Part shown: positions 17,656 to 29,027 of the stretch, piece after piece
How the letters are laid out: every line of letters begins with the position of its first letter
Numbering within the stretch: position 1 is the stretch's first letter
Origin: an uncultured Acidobacteriota bacterium
GTDB taxonomy: Bacteria; Actinomycetota; Acidimicrobiia; Spongiisociales; ZC4RG35
Reading direction: 5' to 3'
DNA length: 64,000 nucleotides
NCBI GenBank assembly: GCA_963711895.1
Contig: CAVQFU010000008.1
Coordinates: forward strand, 8,198-72,197
Program-made: the position numbers and the translations under genes
The notes under the pieces: generated by a model
The model's input: the letters and a program-made list of their open reading frames with translations, nothing else
The model's database searches: none
Told to the model about the DNA's origin: nothing

Positions 17656-18540
17656 TTGCCCAAGTGGCAGGTCTATGTAAATCGGGCAGCGGGGAGAACG
17701 GCCTCCGAGCCTGCGAAGATCCGTGACCTGCTCCGGGAGATAGGCCTCGATTTCGATCTGCAGGTCCCGAACTCGCCGGACGAGACCAAGGCCTTGATAC
17801 AGGAGGCGGCAACGTTGGGCGCCACCCACTTCGCTGTCGCCGGTGGGGACGGCACGGTCAACCTCGCGGTCAACGCATTGATGCCACTGGAGATCGGGAC
17901 ACCGCCTGTGATCGGTGTTCTGCCCGTAGGCACAGGCTGTGACCTGCTGCGAACCTTTGGGTTGCCCCAAGATGTGGCCGGAGCAGCCCGCCATCTGACG
18001 AGCGACGAGATCTACGACATCGATGTGGGCACCTTGGAGGGCAGTTGGGGGCTTCGCTACTTCGTCAACGTCGCCCAGACGGGGGTCGGGGCTGCTGCTG
18101 CCCAAACGGCGGCGTCTCTCGGCCGATGGCTCGGCGCTGTCCGATATCCACTGGCGTTCGCGGCTCGGCTTCCCGGGTTCCCCAGAGCGAAGGTCAAGGT
18201 CATCACAGAACGCCGCACCATCGAATCGGAGGCTCTGGCGGTGATCCTGGCCAATGCCCAGTTCTTTGCCGGGGGTTGGAACGTTGCACCCAAGGCGATG
18301 CTCGTCGATGGGGCCCTGGACATCCAGATCATCAACTGCCGCAAGACGTCCGCCCCCGCTCTGGTCCCCAAGGTGATCAAGGGCACCCACCTGAGCGATC
18401 CTGCGGTGCGAAGGCTCTCGGCCGCCGAGTTCAGCATCGAGACCGACCCATTGTGGCCGGTGGAATGTGACGGCGATCTTGTGGGGAATACAGCCGTGAA
18501 GGGCCGTGTTATCCGCGCCGCGATCAGTCTCAAGATCTGA
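17656..18540 (+). CDS. diacylglycerol/lipid kinase family protein
   Basis: AVAGGDGTVNLAVNAL DAGK catalytic motif. TTG start immediately after the helY TAG. Confidence 0.8.
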   Translation: MPKWQVYVNRAAGRTASEPAKIRDLLREIGLDFDLQVPNSPDETKALIQEAATLGATHFAVAGGDGTVNLAVNALMPLEIGTPPVIGVLPVGTGCDLLRTFGLPQDVAGAARHLTSDEIYDIDVGTLEGSWGLRYFVNVAQTGVGAAAAQTAASLGRWLGAVRYPLAFAARLPGFPRAKVKVITERRTIESEALAVILANAQFFAGGWNVAPKAMLVDGALDIQIINCRKTSAPALVPKVIKGTHLSDPAVRRLSAAEFSIETDPLWPVECDGDLVGNTAVKGRVIRAAISLKI

Positions 18541-18594
18541 GGCGAAGTCGACTTATACTCCCGCGCCGCCAAGGGGCCGAAAGCCGAGTGGACG

Positions 18595-19074
18595 ATGGCT
18601 AAAGAAAAAGTGGAAGAGATCACCGAAGACTTCGAAGAGGAGATCGAGGACGCGCCCGAAGAAGAGCTGGATGAGGACGCCATAACCGATCTCGACGAGG
18701 ATCTCGAGGACGAAGTCGATCTCGAGCCCGAGTTCGAGGACGTGGCCTTTGAAGCGGAGGAGGAGGACTCGGACGACGCCGAGTACGACTCCGAAGAGGA
18801 CGAAAGCGCCGAGGAGCAGGACGAGGAGACGACCGAAGCCCTCGAGGAGTTGGAGAGCGAGGAGCTCCAGCTGCTCGACGAAGAGGCCGGGGAGGCCCTT
18901 CTCGTCGACGAAGCCGAAGAGCTGCGCGCCATCCGCCGCGAGGAGCTGACCATGAATGTCGACGCCCAGCTGCCGAGGTCGGACGAATTTGTTTGCCAGA
19001 ATTGCTTCATGGTGAAGAGGACGAGCCAGCTGGCCAATCGCAAGAAAATGCTGTGCGTGGACTGTGCCTTCTGA
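18595..19074 (+). CDS. DUF4193 family protein
   Basis: Highly acidic N-terminal part followed by a C-terminal CQNCFMVKRTSQLA...LCVDCAF Cys motif. Confidence 0.75.
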   Translation: MAKEKVEEITEDFEEEIEDAPEEELDEDAITDLDEDLEDEVDLEPEFEDVAFEAEEEDSDDAEYDSEEDESAEEQDEETTEALEELESEELQLLDEEAGEALLVDEAEELRAIRREELTMNVDAQLPRSDEFVCQNCFMVKRTSQLANRKKMLCVDCAF

Positions 19075-19798
19075 CCGGGTAACGGTCGCGATCCCCACGT
19101 ACAACGAGAGCGAGAACCTCCCCGACATTTCGAAGGCAGTGACCGCACACGGTTACCGGCTGCTGGTGGTGGATGATTCGTCCCCCGACGGGACCGGTGA
19201 GCTCGCCGACCGTCTCGCGGCTGGAGATCCACTGATCTCGGTGCTCCATCGCTCGAATAAGGAGGGGCTTGGTCCGGCGTACGCCGCCGGCTTCGACAGG
19301 GCCTTGGAGGACGGGGCCGAGGTCGTCATCGAAATGGATGCCGACTTCTCCCACGACCCCTCCGACCTGCCCCGTCTCGTGCAGGCGATCAACGACGGCG
19401 CAGATCTCGCCATCGGATCCCGATATGTGCCGGGAGGAAGCACCCCGGATTGGCCGTTGACGCGTCGCCTCATCTCCAAGGGAGGCAATCTCTACGCCCG
19501 GGTGATGCTCGGGATCCCCATCCATGACGCGACGGCCGGGTACCGCGCTTTCCGTGCCGGCGCGTTGCAGACGCTTCCTTATCGGGAGGCGCAGGCTTCT
19601 GGCTATGCCTTCCAGGTGGAGATGGCGATGAGGGCCTATGAGGCAGGGTTGCGCGTCGTCGAGGTCCCGATCAGCTTTCGCGATCGCACCAGGGGCACGT
19701 CGAAGATGGGAACCGGGATCGTGGTGGAGGCAATGAGACTGGTGACGGTGTGGGGCTGGAAGCGGGTTGTGCGGGGAGTGCGCTCGTGGGGGCGGTGA
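19064..19798 (+). CDS. polyprenol-phosphate mannosyltransferase (GT2, Ppm1-like)
   Basis: VTVAIPTYNESENL...VVDDSSPDGT...MDADFSHDP motifs. Confidence 0.85.
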   Translation: MPSDRVTVAIPTYNESENLPDISKAVTAHGYRLLVVDDSSPDGTGELADRLAAGDPLISVLHRSNKEGLGPAYAAGFDRALEDGAEVVIEMDADFSHDPSDLPRLVQAINDGADLAIGSRYVPGGSTPDWPLTRRLISKGGNLYARVMLGIPIHDATAGYRAFRAGALQTLPYREAQASGYAFQVEMAMRAYEAGLRVVEVPISFRDRTRGTSKMGTGIVVEAMRLVTVWGWKRVVRGVRSWGR

Positions 19799-20271
19799 CT
19801 GTCATCGCCCGGGAAGCGAGCAACGACGACATTCCCTCTTTGGTCGGGCTGTACCGGGGCCTCGAGGAAGAGATGACCGCTCTTCACCCGATGTGGCCCC
19901 TGGCCGACGGTCTCCCCGAGCCCGTCGACGCCTCGTTCAAGGGTCTCCTCGAGGATCCCGAGGGCCTCGTGGTGATAGGGGAGCTGGACGGGTATCCGTT
20001 CGGCTTCGCCATGGCCCGGGTCGAGGAGATCCTGCCCCAGGCCAAGGGGGAGAAGGTCGGCTCGATTCGTCTCATCTACGTCGATCCGGATGCGAGAGAG
20101 GTCGCTCTCGGCGAGGAGATGCGTGAATTCGTGATGGTGCTCCTTCGGCAGCGCGGGATATCGAAGTTCGACGCACACGTCCTTCCCGGCCACCGTCTGG
20201 CCAAGAACTTCTTCGAAGCGGGAGGTTTCTCAGCCCGTTCCATCGTCATGCACCACGATGACGAACGATGA
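19795..20271 (+). CDS. GNAT family N-acetyltransferase
   Basis: [16 protein letters not shown]... with an acetyl-CoA-binding-like region RQRGISK. GTGA overlap with the upstream gene. Confidence 0.65.
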   Translation: MTVIAREASNDDIPSLVGLYRGLEEEMTALHPMWPLADGLPEPVDASFKGLLEDPEGLVVIGELDGYPFGFAMARVEEILPQAKGEKVGSIRLIYVDPDAREVALGEEMREFVMVLLRQRGISKFDAHVLPGHRLAKNFFEAGGFSARSIVMHHDDER

Positions 20272-20665
20272 TTCCCCACTCGTGGGGGTCGGCGTGGTCC
20301 TGGTCGACGGCGATCGGATCCTCCTCATCCAGCGGGGACATGAGCCGTCGAAAGGGCTCTGGGCCGTGCCGGGCGGAAAGGTGGATTTCGGGGAGACATT
20401 GAGGGACGCCGCGGTTCGCGAGGTGGCAGAGGAAACGGGTCTCGAAGTGGAGATCGGTGACGTGATCTGGGTGGGTGAGCACATCTCCGAGCATGGCCAC
20501 ATCGTGCTGATCGACTTCCTCGGGTCCGTCGTGGGTGGAGAATTGGTCGCAGGTGACGACGCCGATCGGGCGGAGTGGGTCCCCATCGACCGGGCCGGCG
20601 ACTATCCACTGACTTCGACGATGTACGAGCTGATCGAGATGCTCGGCGATCACCCCGGGTCATAA
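20258..20665 (+). CDS. NUDIX hydrolase
   Basis: Nudix box [24 protein letters not shown]. Confidence 0.85.
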   Translation: MTNDDSPLVGVGVVLVDGDRILLIQRGHEPSKGLWAVPGGKVDFGETLRDAAVREVAEETGLEVEIGDVIWVGEHISEHGHIVLIDFLGSVVGGELVAGDDADRAEWVPIDRAGDYPLTSTMYELIEMLGDHPGS

Positions 20666-20675
20666 GCTGACTTCG

Positions 20676-21998
20676 ATGAGCCCGGTCTCGCTCCTTCAGG
20701 AGCTGATCCGCAACCAATGCGTAAACGATGGTTCACCCGACAGCGGGCAGGAGGTGCGCTCGGTCCGCACGCTCGTCGACTACCTCGGAGTCGAGGGTGA
20801 GGTTTTCGAGCCAGTCCCGGGGAGGCAGTCATTGATCTACCGAATTCCCGGTTACGACCCCGCGGCGCCTTCGCTTGCCTTGGTCCCGCACCTGGATGTC
20901 GTCCCGGTCGACCCTGCGGGCTGGTCGCGGGACCCGTTCGAAGCCGACATCGATGACGGATTCGTCTACGGCCGTGGTGCGGTTGACATGCTCAACGTGA
21001 CCGCGGCGATGACCGCCGCGGTCCGGCCTTATCTGACCGGGGACAAGAAGGCACGAGGCGACCTCCTGTTTGCCGCCGTGGCCGATGAGGAGGCAGGCGG
21101 CCGACTCGGGGCAAAGCAACTCGTCGAGGATCGCTGGAGTCTCGTGTCCGCCGACTACCTGCTCACGGAAGTCGCATACCCGGCGCTGACAGTAGGGGGA
21201 CGACGGACCGTGCCGGTGTCGATTGGGGAAAAAGGCGCCTACTGGTCCTTTCTCGAATCGGGCGGCACACCGGGACACGGCTCAGTCCCCTACGGCGCGG
21301 ACAACGCCTTGGAGAAGATGGTCACGGCCATGGCCGGGGTCATCGGGGCTCCATCGCCGGCCGCGGTGACCGAGGAATGGCTCGGTTTCGTCGACGAGTT
21401 GGGTCTCGACGCCGAATCGGTCCGGCGTCTCACCGATATCGACCAGTTGGACGACGAGATCGACCGGATCGCTGTGGACGACCCGGCACTAGCCCGTTAC
21501 ATCCACGCCGCCACCCATCTCACCATCTCGTCCAATGTGATCAGGGCAGGGACCAAGACCAACGTCATCGCTGACAAGGCCCATGCCGAGGTCGACATTC
21601 GTGGTCTCCCGGGGATGGACCGTGACTTCGTCGATGCTCATCTCCGAAAGTCCATGGGGAGCGCCTCCGGTCACATCGAGATAATCCCGGTGATGGACAG
21701 CGAGCCAACCGTCTCACCAGTTGGCAACGCCCTGTGGGATGCAATTGGAGATGCCGTGGAAGACCTGGACGGTCATCGCAATCTGGCGCCGACGCTGATG
21801 ACTGTGGCGACCGATGCCCGCTTCTGGAGGAAGAAAGGAACCGTCTGTTACGGCGTGGGTCTCTTCGACGACCGCATGAGCTTCTCCGAGATGCTGTCGC
21901 TGTTCCACGGCCATGATGAGAGGGTTTCAGCGGCGTCTGTCGAGCGCACGACGCTGCTCTACGAACGGGTCCTGGAGCAGTTCTTCAGCGGACCATGA
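20676..21998 (+). CDS. M20/M25/M40 family metallo-hydrolase
   Basis: HLDVVPV...GRGAVDM...ADEEAGG metal-ligand motifs. 440 aa. Confidence 0.8.
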   Translation: MSPVSLLQELIRNQCVNDGSPDSGQEVRSVRTLVDYLGVEGEVFEPVPGRQSLIYRIPGYDPAAPSLALVPHLDVVPVDPAGWSRDPFEADIDDGFVYGRGAVDMLNVTAAMTAAVRPYLTGDKKARGDLLFAAVADEEAGGRLGAKQLVEDRWSLVSADYLLTEVAYPALTVGGRRTVPVSIGEKGAYWSFLESGGTPGHGSVPYGADNALEKMVTAMAGVIGAPSPAAVTEEWLGFVDELGLDAESVRRLTDIDQLDDEIDRIAVDDPALARYIHAATHLTISSNVIRAGTKTNVIADKAHAEVDIRGLPGMDRDFVDAHLRKSMGSASGHIEIIPVMDSEPTVSPVGNALWDAIGDAVEDLDGHRNLAPTLMTVATDARFWRKKGTVCYGVGLFDDRMSFSEMLSLFHGHDERVSAASVERTTLLYERVLEQFFSGP

Positions 21999-22750
21999 AT
22001 GTCATCTGCGACATAGATGGTGTCGTCTACCGCGGCGACCAACTTCTGCCGGGCTCTGACACCGCCCTGCAACGCCTGGTGGCGGCGGGAGTTGACCTCT
22101 ATTTCGCCACCAACAACAGCACAAAGACCCCGGCGACTGTCGCCGAGCGGATATCGGCCATAACCGGTGTGCCCATCACTCCGGAGTCCATAGTCACCTC
22201 CTCCGAGGCGGCGGTGGGGATGCTCGATGAAGATGAGCATCCGGTCATGGTCCTGGGCTCTGATGGGATCACTGCGGCCCTCGCCGAGGCAGGGATCGAG
22301 GTGACCGACGACCCCATGGCTGCGACAGCACTCCTGGTCGGGCTCGATTGGGACTTGAGCTACCCGCGGCTGACCAGAGCGGCGGACGCAGTTCGAGCCG
22401 GGGCGCGTTTCATCGCCACCAACACGGACCCGACCTACCCTGCGGCTGACGGCCTCCTTCCCGGTGGGGGAGCGATGGTGGCGGCGGTGCAAGCCTCGAC
22501 CGGGGTCGCTCCCGAGATCGCAGGGAAGCCACACAAGCCGATGCGGGACCTGCTCCGGGCGAGAGGCATCGGAGCGGCGTGGGTGATCGGCGATCGGGTC
22601 GACACCGACATTGCCCTCGCGCAAGCAGAGCCAGACTGGATCTCGATCCTGGTGCTTACCGGCGTCACCCCCCCGGATGAGGCGCTGGACGCCGACCATG
22701 TCGTTCCTGACCTGGCGGCGGCGGTGGACCTGGTCTTGTCGCACCCGTGA
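21995..22750 (+). CDS. HAD-IIA family hydrolase (NagD-like)
   Basis: DIDGVVYRG...FATNNS motifs. ATGA overlap with the M20 gene. Confidence 0.8.
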   Translation: MNVICDIDGVVYRGDQLLPGSDTALQRLVAAGVDLYFATNNSTKTPATVAERISAITGVPITPESIVTSSEAAVGMLDEDEHPVMVLGSDGITAALAEAGIEVTDDPMAATALLVGLDWDLSYPRLTRAADAVRAGARFIATNTDPTYPAADGLLPGGGAMVAAVQASTGVAPEIAGKPHKPMRDLLRARGIGAAWVIGDRVDTDIALAQAEPDWISILVLTGVTPPDEALDADHVVPDLAAAVDLVLSHP

Positions 22751-22813
22751 ACCGATTGCCCGTCCGGCAAGGGGATCTGGCCTTACATCTCCGGATTGGG
22801 CGATAATCCGGGG

Positions 22814-22957
22814 ATGGACATCAACCCGGAGCAGATCGAGAAACTCGAGGCAGCTCTCGCCCGTCTCGAAGAGCTCGACCCTGCCGACGTACCCGAGCCC
22901 GCCGCCGAGCTGGCCAATCTCCTCAGCGCGATGCTTGAGGAATCGGAGCCGTCCTGA
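22814..22957 (+). CDS. small acidic helical protein (47 aa) upstream of tlyA, not in the ORF track
   Basis: MDINPEQIEKLEAALARLEELDPADVPEPAAELANLLSAMLEESEPS. A small conserved ORF occupies the same position in mycobacteria (from memory). Confidence 0.55.
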   Translation: MDINPEQIEKLEAALARLEELDPADVPEPAAELANLLSAMLEESEPS

Positions 22958-23718
22958 CCAGAAGGCGCCTTGACGCCGAGATCGTCAGGCGCGAGCTCGC
23001 CGTAAGCCGCAGCGAGGCACAGCGGCTGATCTCGGAGTCAAAGGTCCTGGTGGGAGGCATGCCCACCCCAAAGCCGGCTTCCCTAGTCTCAGCCGACACC
23101 CCAATCGCTGTGGTCTCCGACGAGCGGCAGTGGGTTTCCCGCGGGGCGCTCAAATTGCTCGCTGCCCTCGACGCATTCCCCGTCGACCCGACCGGCAAGG
23201 TCGTCCTCGATGTTGGGGCCTCGACCGGGGGCTTCACCGAGGTGGCGCTGGAGCGCGGGGCGAGATCGGTGACGGCGATCGATGTCGGGCGGGCTCAGCT
23301 CCACGAGCGCCTGAGGAACGATCAGCGAGTTGTCTCAGTTGAGCGCACCAACTTCCGACTGCTCGACGTGGCCCGGCTCGATGGCCCCTTCCCGGTCATC
23401 GTCGCCGACCTCTCCTTCATCTCATTGTGCGCCGTCGCCCGCAAGCTCGACGAAGTGGCCGCCGAGGGTGCGGACCTGGTCCTTCTCGTGAAGCCGCAAT
23501 TCGAGGCGGGCAAAGGCAAGGTGGGACACGGTGGGGTCGTCCGTGACCACGAAGTGCGGGAACGTGCCGTTCGCAAGGTGATCGAGTGCCTCGGGGAAGC
23601 CGGTTTGGGTGCCCGCGGCATCATTCGCTCACCGATCGAAGGACGAGACGGCAACGTCGAGTACCTACTCTGGCTCCGCAAAGGCGACCAAGGGATCGCC
23701 CTGGAGGTGCCTGTATGA
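22954..23718 (+). CDS. tlyA: 16S/23S rRNA (cytidine-2'-O)-methyltransferase TlyA, probable CTG start
   Basis: The S4 domain (TRRRLDAEIVRRELAVSRSEAQRLI) is encoded upstream of the first canonical start (GTG 23050). SAM motif LDVGASTGGFTE. CTG 22954 overlaps the upstream TGA. Confidence 0.8.
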   Translation: MTRRRLDAEIVRRELAVSRSEAQRLISESKVLVGGMPTPKPASLVSADTPIAVVSDERQWVSRGALKLLAALDAFPVDPTGKVVLDVGASTGGFTEVALERGARSVTAIDVGRAQLHERLRNDQRVVSVERTNFRLLDVARLDGPFPVIVADLSFISLCAVARKLDEVAAEGADLVLLVKPQFEAGKGKVGHGGVVRDHEVRERAVRKVIECLGEAGLGARGIIRSPIEGRDGNVEYLLWLRKGDQGIALEVPV

Positions 23719-24494
23719 AGTTCGCCCTCGAGGTTCGACATGGGCCGGAGAATGCGCGGTCGTTCGCCGAGAAGCTGAGGACGGCCATCGCCTCGGCCGG
23801 TGGCAAAGTGGTCGAAGATGATGGCGAGGGACCGGACCTCGTCCTGGCCGTCGGAGGCGACGGCACCGTCCTCGCCGCCGCCCAACGGGCCCTCGCCAAC
23901 GATGTTCCCGTCCTCGGTTTCAACCTCGGCACGATGGGCTTCCTGGCTGAGGCCGAGCCTGACGACCTCGACCACGTGATCACCCGTCTGCTGGGTGGCG
24001 ACTACGAGGTGTCAGAGCGAATGACGGTAAAGGCGACAGTGGATGGCGTGTCGGCGACCGGTGTGAACGATGTGGTCGTCGAAAAGGTCGACAGCCAACG
24101 GCTCATCCATCTCGAGGTCTCGGTCGACGGCGAGCATTTCCTCACCTATCGCGCCGATGGGCTGATCGTGGCGACCCCTACCGGATCGACCGCCTATTCG
24201 TTCTCGGCCCGGGGCCCCCTCGTCGACCCGGTGATCAGCGCGTTGATCCTCACCCCGGTGGCGGCCCATTCCCTCTTCGACCGTACCCTCGTCATCCCCG
24301 CGACCAGCCGGCTGTCGATCGTGGTGGGCAAGGACCGCCCGGTGAAGGTAACCGTCGACAAGATCGACATGGGACATCTCGGCGCGGGCCGGACTGTTGA
24401 GATCGAGCAGGGCGAGCGCCCGGTGCGATTCGCCCGGTTCCGCCCGCGGCCGTTCCCACGGCTGATCACAGACAAGTTCGGTCTCGACCGATGA
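23715..24494 (+). CDS. nadK: NAD kinase
   Basis: MKFALEV... with GGDGT and the NLGTMGFL motif. ATGA overlap with tlyA. Confidence 0.9.
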   Translation: MKFALEVRHGPENARSFAEKLRTAIASAGGKVVEDDGEGPDLVLAVGGDGTVLAAAQRALANDVPVLGFNLGTMGFLAEAEPDDLDHVITRLLGGDYEVSERMTVKATVDGVSATGVNDVVVEKVDSQRLIHLEVSVDGEHFLTYRADGLIVATPTGSTAYSFSARGPLVDPVISALILTPVAAHSLFDRTLVIPATSRLSIVVGKDRPVKVTVDKIDMGHLGAGRTVEIEQGERPVRFARFRPRPFPRLITDKFGLDR

Positions 24495-26086
24495 TCCACC
24501 ACCTGCGGGTGGCCAACCTCGGAGTCCTCGAGGAAGCATCCATCGACCCTGGGCCGGGGTTCACTGTCATCACCGGCGAAACGGGTGCAGGGAAGACCAT
24601 GCTCCTCGGTGCACTACGCCTGCTGACCGGGGAGAAGGCCAAGCCGAGTGCGGTTGGCCCTTTCGGTGATGAGGCCCTGGCCGAAGGATTGTTCAGTGGC
24701 GCCGACGGGGAGATCGGCGTGACCCGCGTCGTTCCCCGCGCAGCCAGAAGCCGTGCATACGTCGATGGGACCCTCGCCGCTTCGGGAGCCTTGGAGGAGA
24801 GGATTGGCGCCCTGGTGGAGATCGTCGGCCAGCACGACCGGCTCCTACTGCAGCGAAGCCAGACCGTTCTCGCTCTCGTCGACGAGATGCTGGACGGGCC
24901 GGGGCAGCAGACCAGGAACCGGTACGCCGAAGCCTGGGCACGCTTTCGATCCGCAGTCGAGGATCAGCGGCGCCTCGGGGGAGATCGGACGGCCTTGGAG
25001 CGAGAGCTCGACCTGCTCCGATATCAGGCCGGTGAGATCGCAGGTGCCGGCCTGGAGGCAGGCGACGATATCCGCTTCGAGTCGATGGCGGCGAGGCTCA
25101 AAAACATCGAGGCCGTGCGGGAAAACCTGACAGCCGCAACCCAAGAGCTGGAACGACTGGCCGAGAGCACAGGTGAAGTGGTGGCCAGGTTGAGAAAGCT
25201 CGCAGTCATCGACCCGGGCATGGGAGATCCGATGAATACGGCTGAAGGCCTGGACGCGGTCGCCCACGATCTGCTCCGGGATCTACACACGATGGCCGAT
25301 ACCGCATTCGAGGACCCGGCGGCCCTTGAAACCATCGAACAGCGGCTCACCGAGATGGGACAGCTGAAGCGAAAGTACGGCCGGACTCTGGACGAGGTCC
25401 TGGAATTTGGCGCCGATGCCTCCAGTCGCGCCTCGGAGCTCGAGCAACTGATCGAAAAAGCATCGACGATCGACGATCTGCTGCGACGTTCGGAAGCCGA
25501 GCTGGCCGGAATCGGAGCCGATCTGAGTGCCGCCCGCCGTGCGGCGGCCCAGGAGATCGCGGAGGGGACCCGCCTTCACCTCGGCGACCTCGGTCTTGCT
25601 GAGGCGTCCGTCAGCATCACGATCGAGCCGGTCGAGCCCGGCCAGACCGGCGCCGACAAGCTCGAGATCTTGTTCGCCTCGGACGACCGGCTCGTCTCCG
25701 GGCGGATCCAGGAGATCGCCTCCGGAGGGGAGTTGTCGAGATTGATGCTCGCCCTACGGCTCGCCACCCGTGCCGAGGGCGCCGGCACCATGGTGTTCGA
25801 CGAGATCGACGCCGGCGTCGGGGGAGTAACGGCGCTCGCCCTCGGTCGGAAACTCGCCGACCTGGCACGGACCTGCCAGGTGCTCTGCGTCACCCATCTC
25901 CCGCAGGTCGCTGCACACGCCGACGATCAGTTCGTCATCGAGCGTGATGGTTCCCGGGCCTCCGTGCGAAAGGTCGATGGGGAAGAACGACTGACCGAGT
26001 TGTCCCGTATGCTGGCCGGCCTCCCCGAGAGTGATCACGGCCGCGAGGCGGCCGCCGAGCTTCTGGAAGGCGCCCGCTCTCGATGA
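24491..26086 (+). CDS. recN: DNA repair protein RecN
   Basis: Walker A GETGAGKT, a long coiled coil and a C-terminal SGGELSR signature. ATGA overlap with nadK. Confidence 0.9.
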   Translation: MIHHLRVANLGVLEEASIDPGPGFTVITGETGAGKTMLLGALRLLTGEKAKPSAVGPFGDEALAEGLFSGADGEIGVTRVVPRAARSRAYVDGTLAASGALEERIGALVEIVGQHDRLLLQRSQTVLALVDEMLDGPGQQTRNRYAEAWARFRSAVEDQRRLGGDRTALERELDLLRYQAGEIAGAGLEAGDDIRFESMAARLKNIEAVRENLTAATQELERLAESTGEVVARLRKLAVIDPGMGDPMNTAEGLDAVAHDLLRDLHTMADTAFEDPAALETIEQRLTEMGQLKRKYGRTLDEVLEFGADASSRASELEQLIEKASTIDDLLRRSEAELAGIGADLSAARRAAAQEIAEGTRLHLGDLGLAEASVSITIEPVEPGQTGADKLEILFASDDRLVSGRIQEIASGGELSRLMLALRLATRAEGAGTMVFDEIDAGVGGVTALALGRKLADLARTCQVLCVTHLPQVAAHADDQFVIERDGSRASVRKVDGEERLTELSRMLAGLPESDHGREAAAELLEGARSR

Positions 26087-26104
26087 TGCTGGCCCGGATG
26101 CTGA

Positions 26105-27841
<1,737 letters not shown>

Positions 27842-27905
27842 AGCACCGCCTGTTTCGGGCCGATAGCCTCTCGGCGATGGTGCCAAGCGTCAGGGAGGAC
27901 GTGTC

Positions 27906-29027
27906 TTGATCATTGGCGTGCCCAAGGAAATCAAGACCGAAGAGCACCGTGTGGCCATCACGCCGGTGGGAACCCGAGAGCTGACCGAGCGCGGTCACAC
28001 CGTCCTCATCGAGAAGGGCGCCGGTGAGGGGTCGTCCATCGTCGACGATGAGTTCGAGGCGCAGGGGGCCACGATCGTCCCCAACGCAGGCGAGGTCTTC
28101 GCCGGAGCCGAGATGATCATCAAGGTCAAGGAGCCTCAGGGCTCCGAGATCGAGATGTTCCGCCCGGGCCAGATTCTGTTCACCTACCTGCATCTCGCGG
28201 CCTACCCGCAGATGGCAGCGGGACTGCTGGAACGGGATGTCGTCGCAATCGCATATGAGACAGTGCAACTGGCCGACAGTTCGCTTCCCCTGCTCGCTCC
28301 GATGTCCGAGATCGCGGGGCGCATGGCGACACAGGTGGGCGGCTATTTCCTGGGGAAGACAGAAGGCGGGAGGGGAGTGCTTCTCGGCGGTGTCACCGGC
28401 GTCAGGTCGGGCAAGGTCGTGGTGATCGGGGGAGGTATCGCCGGCTCGAACGCTGCCGTCATCGCAGTCGGGATGCAGGCCGACGTCGTCGTGCTCGACA
28501 CCGACATCGGAAAACTGCGCGCCCTGGACTCGCTCTATCTGGGCCGGGTCAGGACTCTTCATTCCAACCGGCTGACTCTGGAGGAGGAGGTGCTCGACGC
28601 CGACGTGGTCATAGGCACCGTCCTCGTCCCTGGCGCGTCGGCTCCCAAGTTGGTCACCGAAGACATGGTCCGAGCGATGAAACGGGGGGCTGTGCTCGTC
28701 GATGTCGCCATCGATCAGGGCGGGTGCTTCGCCACCTCCCGCGAGACGACCCACACCGACCCCGTGTACGTGGTTCACGATGTGGTCCACTACGCGGTGG
28801 GAAACATCCCCGGGGCCGTTCCGAACACCTCGACCTACGCGCTCACCAACGCCACGCTGCGATACGCAGTCAGTCTGGCCAACGCCGGCGTCTCAGGTGC
28901 TGTGGAGCGATACCCGGAGCTCGAGGGCGGGATCAACGTCGTGGGCACGTCAGTTTGCCACCCCGCCGTGGCCGAGAGCCTGGGGGTCGCACATGTGCCG
29001 CCACGTGAGGCTCTCGCCGCGGTTTGA
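27906..29027 (+). CDS. ald: alanine dehydrogenase
   Basis: MIIGVPKEIKTEEHRVAITP and the NAD motif VIGGGIAGSNAA. TTG start with AGGGAGGA upstream. Confidence 0.9.
   Translation: MIIGVPKEIKTEEHRVAITPVGTRELTERGHTVLIEKGAGEGSSIVDDEFEAQGATIVPNAGEVFAGAEMIIKVKEPQGSEIEMFRPGQILFTYLHLAAYPQMAAGLLERDVVAIAYETVQLADSSLPLLAPMSEIAGRMATQVGGYFLGKTEGGRGVLLGGVTGVRSGKVVVIGGGIAGSNAAVIAVGMQADVVVLDTDIGKLRALDSLYLGRVRTLHSNRLTLEEEVLDADVVIGTVLVPGASAPKLVTEDMVRAMKRGAVLVDVAIDQGGCFATSRETTHTDPVYVVHDVVHYAVGNIPGAVPNTSTYALTNATLRYAVSLANAGVSGAVERYPELEGGINVVGTSVCHPAVAESLGVAHVPPREALAAV

Noticed and set aside
18600-18960. Repetitive GAG/GAC/GAA-rich DNA that might look like a tandem repeat or array.
   Set aside because: It is the in-frame acidic (Glu/Asp) low-complexity N-terminal region of the DUF4193 protein. 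It has no unit periodicity and no spacer structure.
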